Source of the DNA: an uncultured Chloroflexia bacterium
GTDB taxonomy: Bacteria > Chloroflexota > Anaerolineae > JAAYZQ01
DNA: 64,000 nucleotides
Direction: 5' to 3'
Assembly (NCBI GenBank): GCA_963700285.1
Contig: CAVOXA010000010.1
Location: 384,001 to 448,000, forward strand
Part shown: in pieces, positions 9,994 through 20,262 of the stretch
Layout: each line of letters starts with the position of its first letter
Position numbering within the stretch: the stretch's first letter is position 1
Notes under the pieces: model-generated
Told to the model about the DNA's origin: nothing
The model's input: only the letters and a program-made list of their open reading frames with translations
Database searches by the model: none
Translations under genes and position numbers: made by a program

Positions 9994-11150
9994 AACTGGC
10001 CCAACGATTACAGGAACAAAAAGACATCCACTGGTTCACTGTCGGCAGACTGATCCGGGCCAAACAAGCCGAAGGCGTGAAAACCATCTCGCTGGCATCG
10101 GGAGATCCGGACCTGCCAGCGCCGCCAGCAGTGGTGGAAGCCCTCATAGAAGCTGCATCGGAGCCAACCTACTTGCGCTATCCGTTCAGCTTTCAAACGG
10201 AACTGAGCCAGGCCGTCGCGACCTGGTACCGCCGCCGGTTCGACGTTGAGCTGGACCCGGTTACAGAGATATTTCCTCAGGCTGGCTCACAGCAGGCGAT
10301 CGGCAATCTCGGCCTGGCCGTTATGGAGCCAGGAACGGTGGCCCTGGTGCCCGATCCAGCCTATGGCAGTTACGCCCGTGCCAGCAAGTTTGCCGGAGGT
10401 GAGGTCTACCGATTGCATCTATTGGAGGGACACGGCTACCTGCCCAACCTGTCGGACATCCCTGAGGATGTACTGGCCCGGGCGCGCCTGCTGTGGCTAA
10501 ACTATCCCAACAACCCCACCGGGGCAGTGGCACCCCTGTCTTTCTTCCGGGAAGTCGTAGACTTTGCCCGGCAGTACGAAATCCTGGTCTGCCACGACAA
10601 TGCCTATTCCGACGTGACCTTTGACGGCTACGTCGCTCCCAGCTTCCTGGCAGTAGAGGGCGCCAGGGAGGTTGGCATCGAGCTGAACACTCTGAGCAAG
10701 TCGCACAACATGGCCGGCTGGCGGGTGGGTGCTGCCGTGGGCAAACCGGAGGTCCTGACGGCGTTGGCAGAAGTAAGCTTTAACACCAGTATGGGGCTCT
10801 TTGGCCCATCCCAACTGGCCGCCATCGAGGCGCTGACCGGTGACCAGAGCTGGAGAGTAGAGCGGGATCAGATCTATCACGAGCGGCGCGATATCGTCGT
10901 GCAGGGCCTGCGGGCCATCGGCCTAGAGACGGACTATCCAAAAGGAACGCTCTATGTCTGGGCCAAGCTGCCGGAGCACTATCCGGACTCGCTGGAATTC
11001 TCCAAGTGGGTGCTGGATCAGACTGGTGTATGGCTCACGTCCGGCATCTTTTTTGGACAGGGAGGCGAGGGCTACATACGCGCCAGCCTCACCCTACCGA
11101 CAGAGGAGCTCTGCGAGGCGATGGAGCGGCTGCAGACACTCGAACTCTAG
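9990..11150 (+). CDS. Class I/II PLP aminotransferase (DapL-like)
   Basis: Motifs NYPNNPTG, HDNAYSD, TLSKSHNMAGWRVG. ATGA overlap with the upstream gene. Confidence 0.9.
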   Translation: MKLAQRLQEQKDIHWFTVGRLIRAKQAEGVKTISLASGDPDLPAPPAVVEALIEAASEPTYLRYPFSFQTELSQAVATWYRRRFDVELDPVTEIFPQAGSQQAIGNLGLAVMEPGTVALVPDPAYGSYARASKFAGGEVYRLHLLEGHGYLPNLSDIPEDVLARARLLWLNYPNNPTGAVAPLSFFREVVDFARQYEILVCHDNAYSDVTFDGYVAPSFLAVEGAREVGIELNTLSKSHNMAGWRVGAAVGKPEVLTALAEVSFNTSMGLFGPSQLAAIEALTGDQSWRVERDQIYHERRDIVVQGLRAIGLETDYPKGTLYVWAKLPEHYPDSLEFSKWVLDQTGVWLTSGIFFGQGGEGYIRASLTLPTEELCEAMERLQTLEL

Positions 11151-11168
11151 TTCAGAAGTAGCAACGGC

Positions 11169-11203
11169 AAAGGGCGATGGAAGCTACCCCATCGCCCTTT
11201 TTC
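11169..11203. terminator. Intrinsic terminator, probably bidirectional
   Basis: Stem AAAGGGCGATGG/CCATCGCCCTTT with a T run, between convergent genes. Confidence 0.75.
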
Positions 11204-11217
11204 TCTTGGGCAGCCAC

Positions 11218-12078
11218 TCAGGGCAGCATCAGACCAAAACCCTCAAAGCGGTATACACGCGCGCCCTCTTCCAGTTCGTAGGGCGCCTGGCCGGCAACGA
11301 TCTGCTCAAAGGCATCCTGCACGCGCTCCAGCGCATCCTTGGGCACATAGGCCTCGTTGTGAGCCGGGCAGAGGTGACTTACCCCCGGCAACAGGCCGAC
11401 CATGTGGGCCATCGATCGCCGGTAGGTCTCAAAATCAGAGTCCTCAAAGTGACCGTACATCATGCCGGGGTAGAAGGCGTCACCGGTGAAAAGCAAGTCG
11501 GCGCGGCTGTCCAGCAGACAGATGCTGCCAGAACTGTGACCAGGCGTGTGGTGCACGGTCAATATCCGGCCACCCAGATCGATGGTATCCAGGTGCTGTA
11601 ACCGCTTCGTAACCAGCGACGGCCGGATCTCATAGGCCGCAGGGTCAAATCCCTGCGGCAACTCCGTGTAGGAGCCTGGTTCTAGATAATGCTCGCACTC
11701 GGCGCGCGTTTTCCCCCCTTCGATGCGGGCTATCTCCACGTCATGGTCATAGGCCCACACCTCAGCGAAGCGATAGTTGTCGCCCACGTGGTCATAGTGG
11801 CCGTGGCTGTTGACCACCACCACCGGTAGCTCTGTGAAGTATTCGACTTCAGCCTGAATGTTGCCGATGCCCATGCCGGTATCGAGCAGGATGCCGCGCT
11901 CGCTACCCAGGATCAGGTATGAGATTACTTCCTCATAGTGGCTTGGCTCCAATAGGGCAAAGGTACCCTCGCCCACCAGGTAGACCTCGAACCATGGTGA
12001 GACACTCTCCAGTTTCTCCAGTCTCTGATTGCCCGGCCGGGGCAATCCATCAGGCCAACTGCTGTAGTGCATGTTCAA
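11218..12078 (-). CDS. MBL-fold metallo-hydrolase
   Basis: Motifs LDTGMG, SHGHYDH, TPGHS, FTGD, PAHN. Confidence 0.9.
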   Translation of the reverse strand: MNMHYSSWPDGLPRPGNQRLEKLESVSPWFEVYLVGEGTFALLEPSHYEEVISYLILGSERGILLDTGMGIGNIQAEVEYFTELPVVVVNSHGHYDHVGDNYRFAEVWAYDHDVEIARIEGGKTRAECEHYLEPGSYTELPQGFDPAAYEIRPSLVTKRLQHLDTIDLGGRILTVHHTPGHSSGSICLLDSRADLLFTGDAFYPGMMYGHFEDSDFETYRRSMAHMVGLLPGVSHLCPAHNEAYVPKDALERVQDAFEQIVAGQAPYELEEGARVYRFEGFGLMLP

Positions 12079-12111
12079 TCTCCTCGTATCCTATCTGGTT
12101 TACTGTATCGA

Positions 12112-13797
12112 TCAAGACAGTGCCGCAGCAACGCCAACCCCCAGCCCTACTCCCTCACGCTTCCAGAGAACAGAACCATCCACGATGGTCACGTCCACCT
12201 GGATGTCCTTGATCTCTTCCTCGGGCACAGCAAAATAGTCGCGGTCCAACACCGCCATGTCGGCCACTTTTCCAACCTCGATGGTGCCTTTGAGGTTCTC
12301 TTCCCTGGTCAGCCAGGTCCCGCCTGCGGTATAGGTCCTCAGCGCCTCCTCACGGCTGATGGCCTGCAGCGGCGCGATATCCTGGCCAAGCCTGTTCTTG
12401 CGCGAGATTAGTGCATAGAGAGAGACAAAAGGATTGGCGGACACGGTGCTGGTCACATCGGAACTGGAAGTGACTACGATGCCGTTGTCCAGGTACTTGC
12501 GCACCGGTTTGTAGTTAAGGGCCCGCCGCTGACCCACGTCCCGGAAGAGGAGTTCACCCTCCCAGTAGATAAAGGTGGGCTGGAGCACCGCGGCAATGTT
12601 ATAGGCGGCCATCTGCTCCAGAGAGTTGGCAGTAGGAAAGTAGGCATGGATGATGTTGTGCCGCGCGTCAGGATTGGGCACGTCGCGGGCTACCCGGGCA
12701 AAGGTATCCACGGCCATGTCCTGGGCGTGGTCGCCACAGCAGTGGATACCTACATCCCAACCCAGCTCCTGGGCGGTGCGAAAATAGCGATACAGCGCCT
12801 CCAGCTCGATGCGATTGAAGGCGACTAGTTCGGTATCGCCTTCGTAGGGCTCGTACATGAAGGCTGTATGCGGTGTGGTTCCGCCGTCAATGGCCATCTT
12901 GAGGCCGCCGATGCGTAACCACTCGTCGCCAAAGCCACTGTAGAGGCCCAACTCCCGGGCACGGTAGTCCAGGTCCATTTCCACTTCGTCATCAAAGAAG
13001 CCGTGCCAACTGGGCATCAGGTTGACGCGCACCGACAGTTTCCCATCGTCGTAGAAAGACTGGAAAGCACGGATCTCTGCCGGGCGCAAACCTGGTTCGA
13101 CGACGCTGGTGATGCCAAAGCGGTGCATCTCCCCACAGGCCAGCCTCAGCGATTCCTTCATCTGCTCCAACGTCGGTTTTGGGATCAAGGGACGCATCAA
13201 GTTTTTGGCACTGGCGCGCAGCAGGCCGTTGAGTTCCCCGTCAGCATCGCGCTCGACCTTGCCTCCCTCCGGATCGGGCGTGTCACGGTTGATACCAGCC
13301 ATGTCCAGGGCATAACTATTGACCACGTCCGTGTTAAAGAAACGCATCAGTATGACGGGGTGATCTGAAGTAGCGGGATCGATGTCCCGGCGCGTGGGCA
13401 GCCGTCCATCGGCAAACATGCCCTCGTTCCAGCCCTGGCCGATGATCCACTCCCCGGGCGGCGTGTCCTTGGCCCGCTCGCGGACCAGCTCCATCATCTC
13501 TTCTGGGGACTCGCACTCATCCAAGCGGATCATCGATAGCTTGGCTCCAACCTCCATAAAGTGGTTGTGGCTGTCAAAGATGCCCGGGATGACGGTCCGC
13601 CCACCCAGCGGCAGGCGCTCTGTGTTGGGTCCTGCCAGCGCCTCGACCTCTGCGTCTCCACCCACGGCTACGATGCGCCCATCCTTCACAGCTACGGCCT
13701 CGGCAACGCTACCACAGGTAGCTCCGCTAGTCACGTCCATCGTACAGATCTTGGCATTGAATATGACTAGATCTGGAGCCAACTCTTTCATCTCCAT
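12112..13797 (-). CDS. Amidohydrolase 3 family (YtcJ-like) protein
   Basis: Motifs PGIFDSHNH, KMAIDGG, HCCGD, SSD, GTIEVGKVAD. Paralog of 4650..6251. Confidence 0.9.
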   Translation of the reverse strand: MEMKELAPDLVIFNAKICTMDVTSGATCGSVAEAVAVKDGRIVAVGGDAEVEALAGPNTERLPLGGRTVIPGIFDSHNHFMEVGAKLSMIRLDECESPEEMMELVRERAKDTPPGEWIIGQGWNEGMFADGRLPTRRDIDPATSDHPVILMRFFNTDVVNSYALDMAGINRDTPDPEGGKVERDADGELNGLLRASAKNLMRPLIPKPTLEQMKESLRLACGEMHRFGITSVVEPGLRPAEIRAFQSFYDDGKLSVRVNLMPSWHGFFDDEVEMDLDYRARELGLYSGFGDEWLRIGGLKMAIDGGTTPHTAFMYEPYEGDTELVAFNRIELEALYRYFRTAQELGWDVGIHCCGDHAQDMAVDTFARVARDVPNPDARHNIIHAYFPTANSLEQMAAYNIAAVLQPTFIYWEGELLFRDVGQRRALNYKPVRKYLDNGIVVTSSSDVTSTVSANPFVSLYALISRKNRLGQDIAPLQAISREEALRTYTAGGTWLTREENLKGTIEVGKVADMAVLDRDYFAVPEEEIKDIQVDVTIVDGSVLWKREGVGLGVGVAAALS

Positions 13798-13909
13798 CGT
13801 CCACTCTCCTATCTATTGTTTGACCCGCCCTGCCACAGATATGACCGATTATCTGCAACCAGCTACTGGGTCAGGGCAGGTGAGTACCCGCTGCGTGTCC
13901 GCCGCCCTC

Positions 13910-15586
13910 CTACTCCAGGTCATAGTAGGCATAAAAGCCTTCCGAGAAATCCCAACCGTCGACAGCAAAGGCAACCATCGCTGGCTGGCCTGCATCGTTG
14001 GCTCGCAGCGCGCGCTCAAGTGCGCCTCTCACCTCCTCGGGCGCCTCCACCCGCTCACCATAGCAGCCATAAGCCCGCGCCAGTTGCACAAAATCAGGCT
14101 GTGCCTCGAAATCGGTAGAAATATAGCGCTCGCCCAAGTTCCTTTGACCAAACTTGACCCAGCCCAGGCTGCGGTTGTCGAGCACCACCCAGGTGACTGG
14201 CGTACCATACTGCACCGCCGTGGGCAGCTCCTGGTTGTGCATTTGGAAGGCGCCGTCGCCGGTAACGCACACCACCCTTTTCTCTGGAAGGGCCAGCTTG
14301 GCTCCTATTGCTCCGGAAACGCCCATGCCCATGCAGGTCTGCTCGCCGGGGGCCACAACGGCACTGGCGCCTAGTACCTTGTAATAGGGGCTGTAGTAGG
14401 ACCAGAGGTCCTGGCTGCCGTTTTCATGAACCAAGACCGTGTTGTCGCCAAAGACCTGGTTGACCTCGTAGAGCACTCGCTTGGTTTTTAGCGGCACCTC
14501 ATCCGTCTGTCCTTCGGCGGCAACCTCGGCGGCGTACGAGTGCTTGGCCTGGGCCCACTCCTCGCCACGCGCCTTCCAGCCAGTCTTTGCCTGTTCCTTC
14601 AGAATGGCCAACAGGTCAGTCAGAACCAGTCTCGCGTCGCCCACGACGGCTGCATCGGGGATCCAGTTGCGTCCGATCTCAAAAGGCTCGATATCGATCT
14701 GCACAAACTTGGCCCCCGGCGGAAAGATGCGCCAGGCGCCCGTCTGGAACTCTTCGTTGCGCGAGCCAACAGTCACCAGCAGATCGGCCTCTTCAAAGGC
14801 CTGCATGCCCAGACGCGTGCGATAGAGCCCCACCTGGCCGATGGACAGGCCATGGTCCTCCGAGATCAGGCCCCGGCCGGAAGGCGTGGTCATCACTGGC
14901 ATGCCCAGCAGCTCTGCCAGGGCTTGGAGTTCAGCGTGAGCCCCAGAACGGAGGGCACCACCACCGGCCACGATGAGCGGGCGCTGCGCCTGAACCAGGA
15001 GTTCTGCTGCCTGCTGGATCCGGGCTGGGTCGCCCGCCGAGCGGATGTAGCGCTCGGCCGGGACATAGTCTGCCATCTCCATCTCGGCCTTGCCGACCTC
15101 GACCGGGATCTCGACAAAGACAGGGCCGGGTTGGCCGTTGGTCGCCAGAGAGAAGGCGCGGCGCATGGCCCAGGGGACTCTATCCGCATAGGGAACGCGC
15201 ACCGCCCATTTGGTCACGGGCTCCATGATCCCCACCTGATCCGTCTCCTGGAAAGCGCCCTGGCCATAGGTATGCCCGCTGATGCCGGTACAGGGAGCGA
15301 TCACCGGTGCACAGGCGGCCAGAGCCTCGAGCATTGGCGGCACCAGGTTAGCAATCCCCGGTCCCGGGCTGGCAAAGCACACGGCCGGCTCCCCGGTCAG
15401 AAGTGCATAGGCCATGGCCATGAAACCACCGGCTGTTTCGTGGCGCACCAGCACCGGCTTGATGGCCGGCTCATCATAGAGTGCATCGTACAGGCAGGTT
15501 GGACTCCCCGGAAGGCCAAAGACATATTTCACCCCTTCGGCCTTCAGAGCCTTGACTACCATCTGCCATCCTGTCATCTTTTTCAT
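13910..15586 (-). CDS. Thiamine-diphosphate-dependent enzyme (acetolactate synthase-like)
   Basis: Motifs RHETAGGFMA, FQETDQ, QPGPVF, TGDGAF...LDN. Confidence 0.9.
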   Translation of the reverse strand: MKKMTGWQMVVKALKAEGVKYVFGLPGSPTCLYDALYDEPAIKPVLVRHETAGGFMAMAYALLTGEPAVCFASPGPGIANLVPPMLEALAACAPVIAPCTGISGHTYGQGAFQETDQVGIMEPVTKWAVRVPYADRVPWAMRRAFSLATNGQPGPVFVEIPVEVGKAEMEMADYVPAERYIRSAGDPARIQQAAELLVQAQRPLIVAGGGALRSGAHAELQALAELLGMPVMTTPSGRGLISEDHGLSIGQVGLYRTRLGMQAFEEADLLVTVGSRNEEFQTGAWRIFPPGAKFVQIDIEPFEIGRNWIPDAAVVGDARLVLTDLLAILKEQAKTGWKARGEEWAQAKHSYAAEVAAEGQTDEVPLKTKRVLYEVNQVFGDNTVLVHENGSQDLWSYYSPYYKVLGASAVVAPGEQTCMGMGVSGAIGAKLALPEKRVVCVTGDGAFQMHNQELPTAVQYGTPVTWVVLDNRSLGWVKFGQRNLGERYISTDFEAQPDFVQLARAYGCYGERVEAPEEVRGALERALRANDAGQPAMVAFAVDGWDFSEGFYAYYDLE

Positions 15587-15709
15587 CTAGTTGCTCTCCT
15601 CATGGATCGTGATGTACACTTGTTACGTGACCAACTCACCCTCGGCAGTATCACCAAAGATGAACTGCACAGCCCAGGCCAAACAGCCAACAAGGCAGCG
15701 ATGGCCATT

Positions 15710-16531
15710 CTATGTTCTGTCAACCTCAAACGGGGCGCCGTACCCAAAGGCGCCATAGTAGCCGCAGGTCTCAGCCGCGGACGCCGCCGCAGCCTCCATA
15801 GCGACCGGGGTGGGCGCTCCACCCAGGTACTCGACCAGAAAACGGGCCGCAAAGGCATCTCCTGCCCCCAGCGTATCGATGACCTCGGTCTCCACAATGC
15901 CTTGGCGATGGATCTGCCCTCCGTCGTAGGCCATCGCACCACCTTTTCCCTGCGTCACAAGCACGAGCCTCGGCCCCTGGGCCAGCATCCAACGCATCAG
16001 GTCCACAACCTCCGAGTCGGAGCCGTCAGGATCAGATATCTGGGCGAAATCGACCCACGGCAGAAGAGCCGACAGATAATCATGGTCCGAACAGTCTGCA
16101 AAGTCAAACGACAGGCATCGTGAAGCGCTGTTGAGTCGCTTTATGTCGCGCTCGATGTGACTGTAGATGCTGGTGTGGGTCACGTTGTGCTGGCGGATGA
16201 AATGCAGATCCTCGTCTGACAGGGCGATCTGGGTACACACACCATGGTCGTAGGCCCCAAAGACCCGGTCGCCATCCACGAGCGAAACATCGTTGAAGGC
16301 ATTGGGCCCGTGGACCACCCGGCAATGTGACAGGTCGATGCCTTCTGCACGCAGCGAATTCAGGATCAAGCACCCGTGTGCGTCATCGCCCAGCCAGCCA
16401 AGGTAGCTGGCCTGATGGCCATAGCGATGGGCCAACACGGCAACGTTGACCGCATTGCCACCCGGGTACATGATCCGTTGATCCCGGTACCGGTCAACCG
16501 TATTGTCGCCTACTCCAATCACCCGAATCAT
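15710..16531 (-). CDS. frlD: PfkB kinase, fructoselysine 6-kinase-like
   Basis: N-terminus MIRVIGVGDNTVDRY...YPGGNAVNVAV typical of FrlD, plus PfkB signature DTLGAGDAF. Start moved to the internal Met at 16531. Confidence 0.7.
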   Translation of the reverse strand: MIRVIGVGDNTVDRYRDQRIMYPGGNAVNVAVLAHRYGHQASYLGWLGDDAHGCLILNSLRAEGIDLSHCRVVHGPNAFNDVSLVDGDRVFGAYDHGVCTQIALSDEDLHFIRQHNVTHTSIYSHIERDIKRLNSASRCLSFDFADCSDHDYLSALLPWVDFAQISDPDGSDSEVVDLMRWMLAQGPRLVLVTQGKGGAMAYDGGQIHRQGIVETEVIDTLGAGDAFAARFLVEYLGGAPTPVAMEAAAASAAETCGYYGAFGYGAPFEVDRT

Positions 16532-16613
16532 ACTCTGTCTTTTGCCTCTATACACAGAACAGCCAGGGGAAGACAAGGACCCCGACTTTCAACCTTTCGC
16601 CTCGAGGCGCACC

Positions 16614-17621
16614 CTAACCCACCAATAGGGGGCAGGTCATGCAATGGGCTCCGCCGTTGCCAAGGCGGAGCACCTCCGAGGGAAAGGTTGAGACTTGCCA
16701 GCCAAAGCGTTCCATTTCAGACACAACTCTGGTCGCCCCGGCAGGGCCAATCGCCTTTCTAGCACGCCGGGTCACAACCACGTTCGAGTGGTGGCCGCGG
16801 CATTCTTCTGCCGTGAAGGGTATGAGATCAAAACCGCGCTCATCGAGGAATTCCCGGAACATTACGTGGCGGGGCTCAGACCGACCAGCCCGGTAGAGAC
16901 GGCAGGGAAAAACCGTGAATATCTCTTCCCGAACGAGACACAGCTTCTCGTCGAGCACCATAAAAGTACCATCGATGTGGATCTCGCCAAAGGGCAGTGG
17001 TACTTCGAGAAAGTATTCGACATCCTGGCCCAATACCAGATCCCTCAGAGCACGCGTACCGGTCTCGTTTGCGCGATCGCACAGTGCGGCCACCGCCGTG
17101 TCCTCGCCAATGAGCGTGACGCCGCCGCCTTCCAGATACCCTGGCGGCTCGATGGCCCCCAGGATGGGCACGCCCAGGCAGCGAAAGGCGCGAGCCAACA
17201 TCTCCTGATCACCCCAGCGCCCTTTGAGGTGTGGTCCCATAAGAACCGCGCCCCGCGCAAAGACGACGGCCAGATCGCGGGTGTAGGTCATGTTGGGTCG
17301 ATGGCCGATGTAGGACAGTGCATCCTCGTCGTGGGCCAGAATGTCGCGCAACAGGAGCGTGTCGACGCCATGGCTCTGAAACAGGTGCAACATGACGTCG
17401 TACTCGGCAACGAACCTATCTACATCGACCGGGCTATCAAAGTGAAACTCGGCCATCGTACTCTCGGTGACGAGCCTGAGTTCAGGGCCAGGGCGGTGCA
17501 TGATGACCCGTTGCAGGTCGCCATAGGCCGACTTGACCCCGTAGCCAGAGCCTTGTCCAAGAGCGACTGCGGGTCTGGGGCCTCCATCTTTTAAAAGACT
17601 CTCAAATTGTGATACATCCAT
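16614..17621 (-). CDS. DDAH/arginine deiminase (pentein) family protein
   Basis: Motifs HRPGPEL, YTRD, LEGGG, IHIDG, GGAHCMT. Confidence 0.9.
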   Translation of the reverse strand: MDVSQFESLLKDGGPRPAVALGQGSGYGVKSAYGDLQRVIMHRPGPELRLVTESTMAEFHFDSPVDVDRFVAEYDVMLHLFQSHGVDTLLLRDILAHDEDALSYIGHRPNMTYTRDLAVVFARGAVLMGPHLKGRWGDQEMLARAFRCLGVPILGAIEPPGYLEGGGVTLIGEDTAVAALCDRANETGTRALRDLVLGQDVEYFLEVPLPFGEIHIDGTFMVLDEKLCLVREEIFTVFPCRLYRAGRSEPRHVMFREFLDERGFDLIPFTAEECRGHHSNVVVTRRARKAIGPAGATRVVSEMERFGWQVSTFPSEVLRLGNGGAHCMTCPLLVG

Positions 17622-17648
17622 GTGCGAGTTCCTTTTCTGTTCTCGACA

Positions 17649-18200
17649 TCAGAACTCCGGCCCCCCTGCAGATGACTGGGACAGCTTGGCTTCTACGGTA
17701 GGCCTGATCAGCAGGAGCGGAAGGTCCGTGGTACGCAGCACCTTCTCGGCCACGCTGCCAAAGACCCTGCGCCTGAAGCCGCTGTGCCCATGGGTGGCCA
17801 TGGCGATCAGGTCTACCCCCTCGCGTTGGGCATAGTCGACGATCTTTTGTTCCGGACGTCCAAACAGGACTTCTCCGCGGGCTTCCAGCCCGGCTTCGCT
17901 CAGGCGCTCCTTGGCTCTATTCAAACACCGCTCCGCTTCCACCTTCAGGCTGGCCATCTCCTGCTCGCGGTAGATGGGATGCTGGACAGTGGTCATGCCC
18001 TCGACCAGATCTGGCTGGGGAGATACAGGCATTTCAAGCCTGAGGGACTGGTAAAGAGCCCTCGTTCCATCACCCGGCGGAGGGATGACCCGAAGCAATA
18101 GAATCTCTGCTGCACATCCCTTGGCGAAACCAATCACATGGGGCAAAACACTTTCGGCCAGATCCGAACCATCCAGAGGCACCAAAACTTTGCTGTACAT
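17649..18200 (-). CDS. Universal stress protein
   Basis: Motifs VLVPLDGS and DLIAMATHGHSG...FGSVAEKVLR. Confidence 0.92.
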   Translation of the reverse strand: MYSKVLVPLDGSDLAESVLPHVIGFAKGCAAEILLLRVIPPPGDGTRALYQSLRLEMPVSPQPDLVEGMTTVQHPIYREQEMASLKVEAERCLNRAKERLSEAGLEARGEVLFGRPEQKIVDYAQREGVDLIAMATHGHSGFRRRVFGSVAEKVLRTTDLPLLLIRPTVEAKLSQSSAGGPEF

Positions 18201-18223
18201 ATCACCCTCCCCCTGTCAGTTCT

Positions 18224-19993
18224 CTAACGCGGTTTCACACTGCAGGCAGATCCATGAACCAGCCGCCTCCCCCATACCAGCCAATCTGCAGCGCTCTCGA
18301 GTGCGTCCGAGACCCTGTTCTTCTCCCGTACGAACTTTGTCATCCACAGGTGAAAAGCCTGCTCATCGGCGCTCAATTCCGCCAATCGCGTGATGGGTAC
18401 AAGCAACCTGGGGATCGGCTTGCCTATGAGGTAATAACCATAGGGATCTTGGTCGTACTTGTCGGCTTCCGTCCAAAGGAAGGAAAGTTGCCGGGAGGCC
18501 TTGATGGCCGCCTCGTTAGCGACCTGCGTAGCTTCGCCCCCCACTGCTGCCACCAGCGACAAGGCCTGAACCGCTCGGTCCAGTTCTTCAGCCTTGTCAA
18601 TCAGGCCGTCCACGTTGACCCCTTTGGCTCCCGCTGCTAGCTCTTGTAGGGCCTGAAGGTCTGCCCTGATCCGGGCCACGGGTTCCGAGAGATCGTAGGG
18701 TATCGCTTCTGCGTTGTCTAGCCGCAATATCAGCGTGGCAAAGAAATCCAGATGCGTATCGTATAGCTGCCTGTCGACCTTGTCGAGCGTATCGGCCTCC
18801 GTATGAAGCCAGGGGCTCAAAAAGGCCCAGTTCAGCCTTTCCAGCTCCTCGGGCGTATAGCCTGTGGCAAAGGTGATGTAGGGCACGCCGACCCCAAAGA
18901 AGGACTGGTCGCCGCCCTTGTAGGGCATCTTCCAGACGCCTTTGTCACCCCAGACCTCCTCGACAATGTCCAGAAGAAATGCCTTGATCTCGGGGGCGCT
19001 TCTGGAATTCGGGACGCTGGTGCCTACAATGCCGGGATTGTCAATGTCCACATAGGCGACGCAGTGCCTGGCCAACTCTTCCCAATGGGTATCGACAAAG
19101 TAGGTGGAACCAGCAGCCTCCGAAATCTCGTGACCATCCCAATAGGTGAACACGACATTTCTTTTGAGCTTGTCCCGATGCTTGGCCAGGACCCTGGCCA
19201 ACTCCAGGGACAGGGCATTGCCCGACGAGTTGCAGATGGCTGTCTTGCCCCAGCCTTCAAGATGGCTGCCGACCAGCACAAACTCCTCTGTGTCGTCAGC
19301 CGCACGGAGAACACCAACAGGCTGGTTGGCCAGGACCCACTCCTGGGTTGCATCGGCGCGGAACCAGACCTCGACTCGCCCGGCGGCGCAGAGTTCTTTT
19401 AAATACTCACCTGCGGCCTTGGTGATATTAATGACGGGGATCCTCGGGATGCGCTGGAAGCTCTCGGGGGTGGGATTGCCCCACACGCCCTTGATGGCGC
19501 CCCGTTGGATGGTTGGGTTGTCCGGCATCCCCCAATTGAGGATGATGACAGCTTTGGCCCCCATCTCCAGGGCGATCCGCGCCTTTTCGGGCCGGGGCGG
19601 CGCCCAGGTCATGTCGGCCAGGACGATCAGGTTCCTTGCATCGATCTGCGCGTAATCCTCATAGCCTCCTGCGCCGACATAGACTAACTCACCAGCCATC
19701 CCCTCATCTAGGGTGGAGGGGATGTGACAACTGGGCAGGGCCTCGATGGTGCGCTCTTCTGGATGTGTGACCCGCAGAGCCGCAGAGCCGGGGTAGCTCT
19801 GATAGATAGGGAACCTATCAATCCTGACCTCCAGGCCGCATCTTGCCAGCTCATCCCGGATATAGTTCGCCGCCTTCCGGATGCTCTCTGTCCCGGCCAG
19901 CCGCTCGCCGACCTCCTCAACGAGGAAGGTCATGTGTGCGCTGGCCTTGTCGACAGACAGATCTGCCATGATCGCTTTTTCGATATCGCTCAC
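18224..19993 (-). CDS. M28 family peptidase with PA domain
   Basis: Motifs RLAGT, GELVYVG (PA domain), GSHLEGW, WDGHE, DIDNPG, WLHTEAD. Confidence 0.75.
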   Translation of the reverse strand: MSDIEKAIMADLSVDKASAHMTFLVEEVGERLAGTESIRKAANYIRDELARCGLEVRIDRFPIYQSYPGSAALRVTHPEERTIEALPSCHIPSTLDEGMAGELVYVGAGGYEDYAQIDARNLIVLADMTWAPPRPEKARIALEMGAKAVIILNWGMPDNPTIQRGAIKGVWGNPTPESFQRIPRIPVINITKAAGEYLKELCAAGRVEVWFRADATQEWVLANQPVGVLRAADDTEEFVLVGSHLEGWGKTAICNSSGNALSLELARVLAKHRDKLKRNVVFTYWDGHEISEAAGSTYFVDTHWEELARHCVAYVDIDNPGIVGTSVPNSRSAPEIKAFLLDIVEEVWGDKGVWKMPYKGGDQSFFGVGVPYITFATGYTPEELERLNWAFLSPWLHTEADTLDKVDRQLYDTHLDFFATLILRLDNAEAIPYDLSEPVARIRADLQALQELAAGAKGVNVDGLIDKAEELDRAVQALSLVAAVGGEATQVANEAAIKASRQLSFLWTEADKYDQDPYGYYLIGKPIPRLLVPITRLAELSADEQAFHLWMTKFVREKNRVSDALESAADWLVWGRRLVHGSACSVKPR

Positions 19994-20026
19994 TGTACTC
20001 TAACCCCCTAGCCTCAATCAGAGCTC

Positions 20027-20239
20027 GCTCGCGCTGGGCCAAGTCCAACGCTCTTCACCAACGCGTGGACTGTTGTCCACGCGGAGCACACGAAGGGCTT
20101 TGCCTGAGCGCTTCTTCGATCTCACTCACCGTGCTTCAACTCCCTGGCTTTCAACTGAATCGTTTTCCGAAGCTTGCTCGCGCTGGACCACAGTCCAGCG
20201 CATTTGGCACCAACGCGCGGACTGTGGTCCGCGCGGAGC
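20027..20239. repeat. Two inverted doublets of a GCTC-prefixed palindromic (REP-like) element
   Basis: Copies at 20027-20051, 20062-20087, 20176-20201 and 20214-20239. Consensus GCTC + 9-bp stem ending GGAC + 4-nt loop + GTCC. Confidence 0.75.
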
Positions 20240-20262
20240 GTGCGACGAGTGAAGTCACTGGA

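Noticed and set aside
14540-16123. 527-aa plus-strand ORF
   Set aside because: Antisense shadow of the ThDP and PfkB genes, with no family motifs. Expected in GC-rich DNA.
20027-20239. Possible mini CRISPR array
   Set aside because: Repeats alternate in orientation, spacing is irregular, and there are no cas genes. A REP-like reading fits better.
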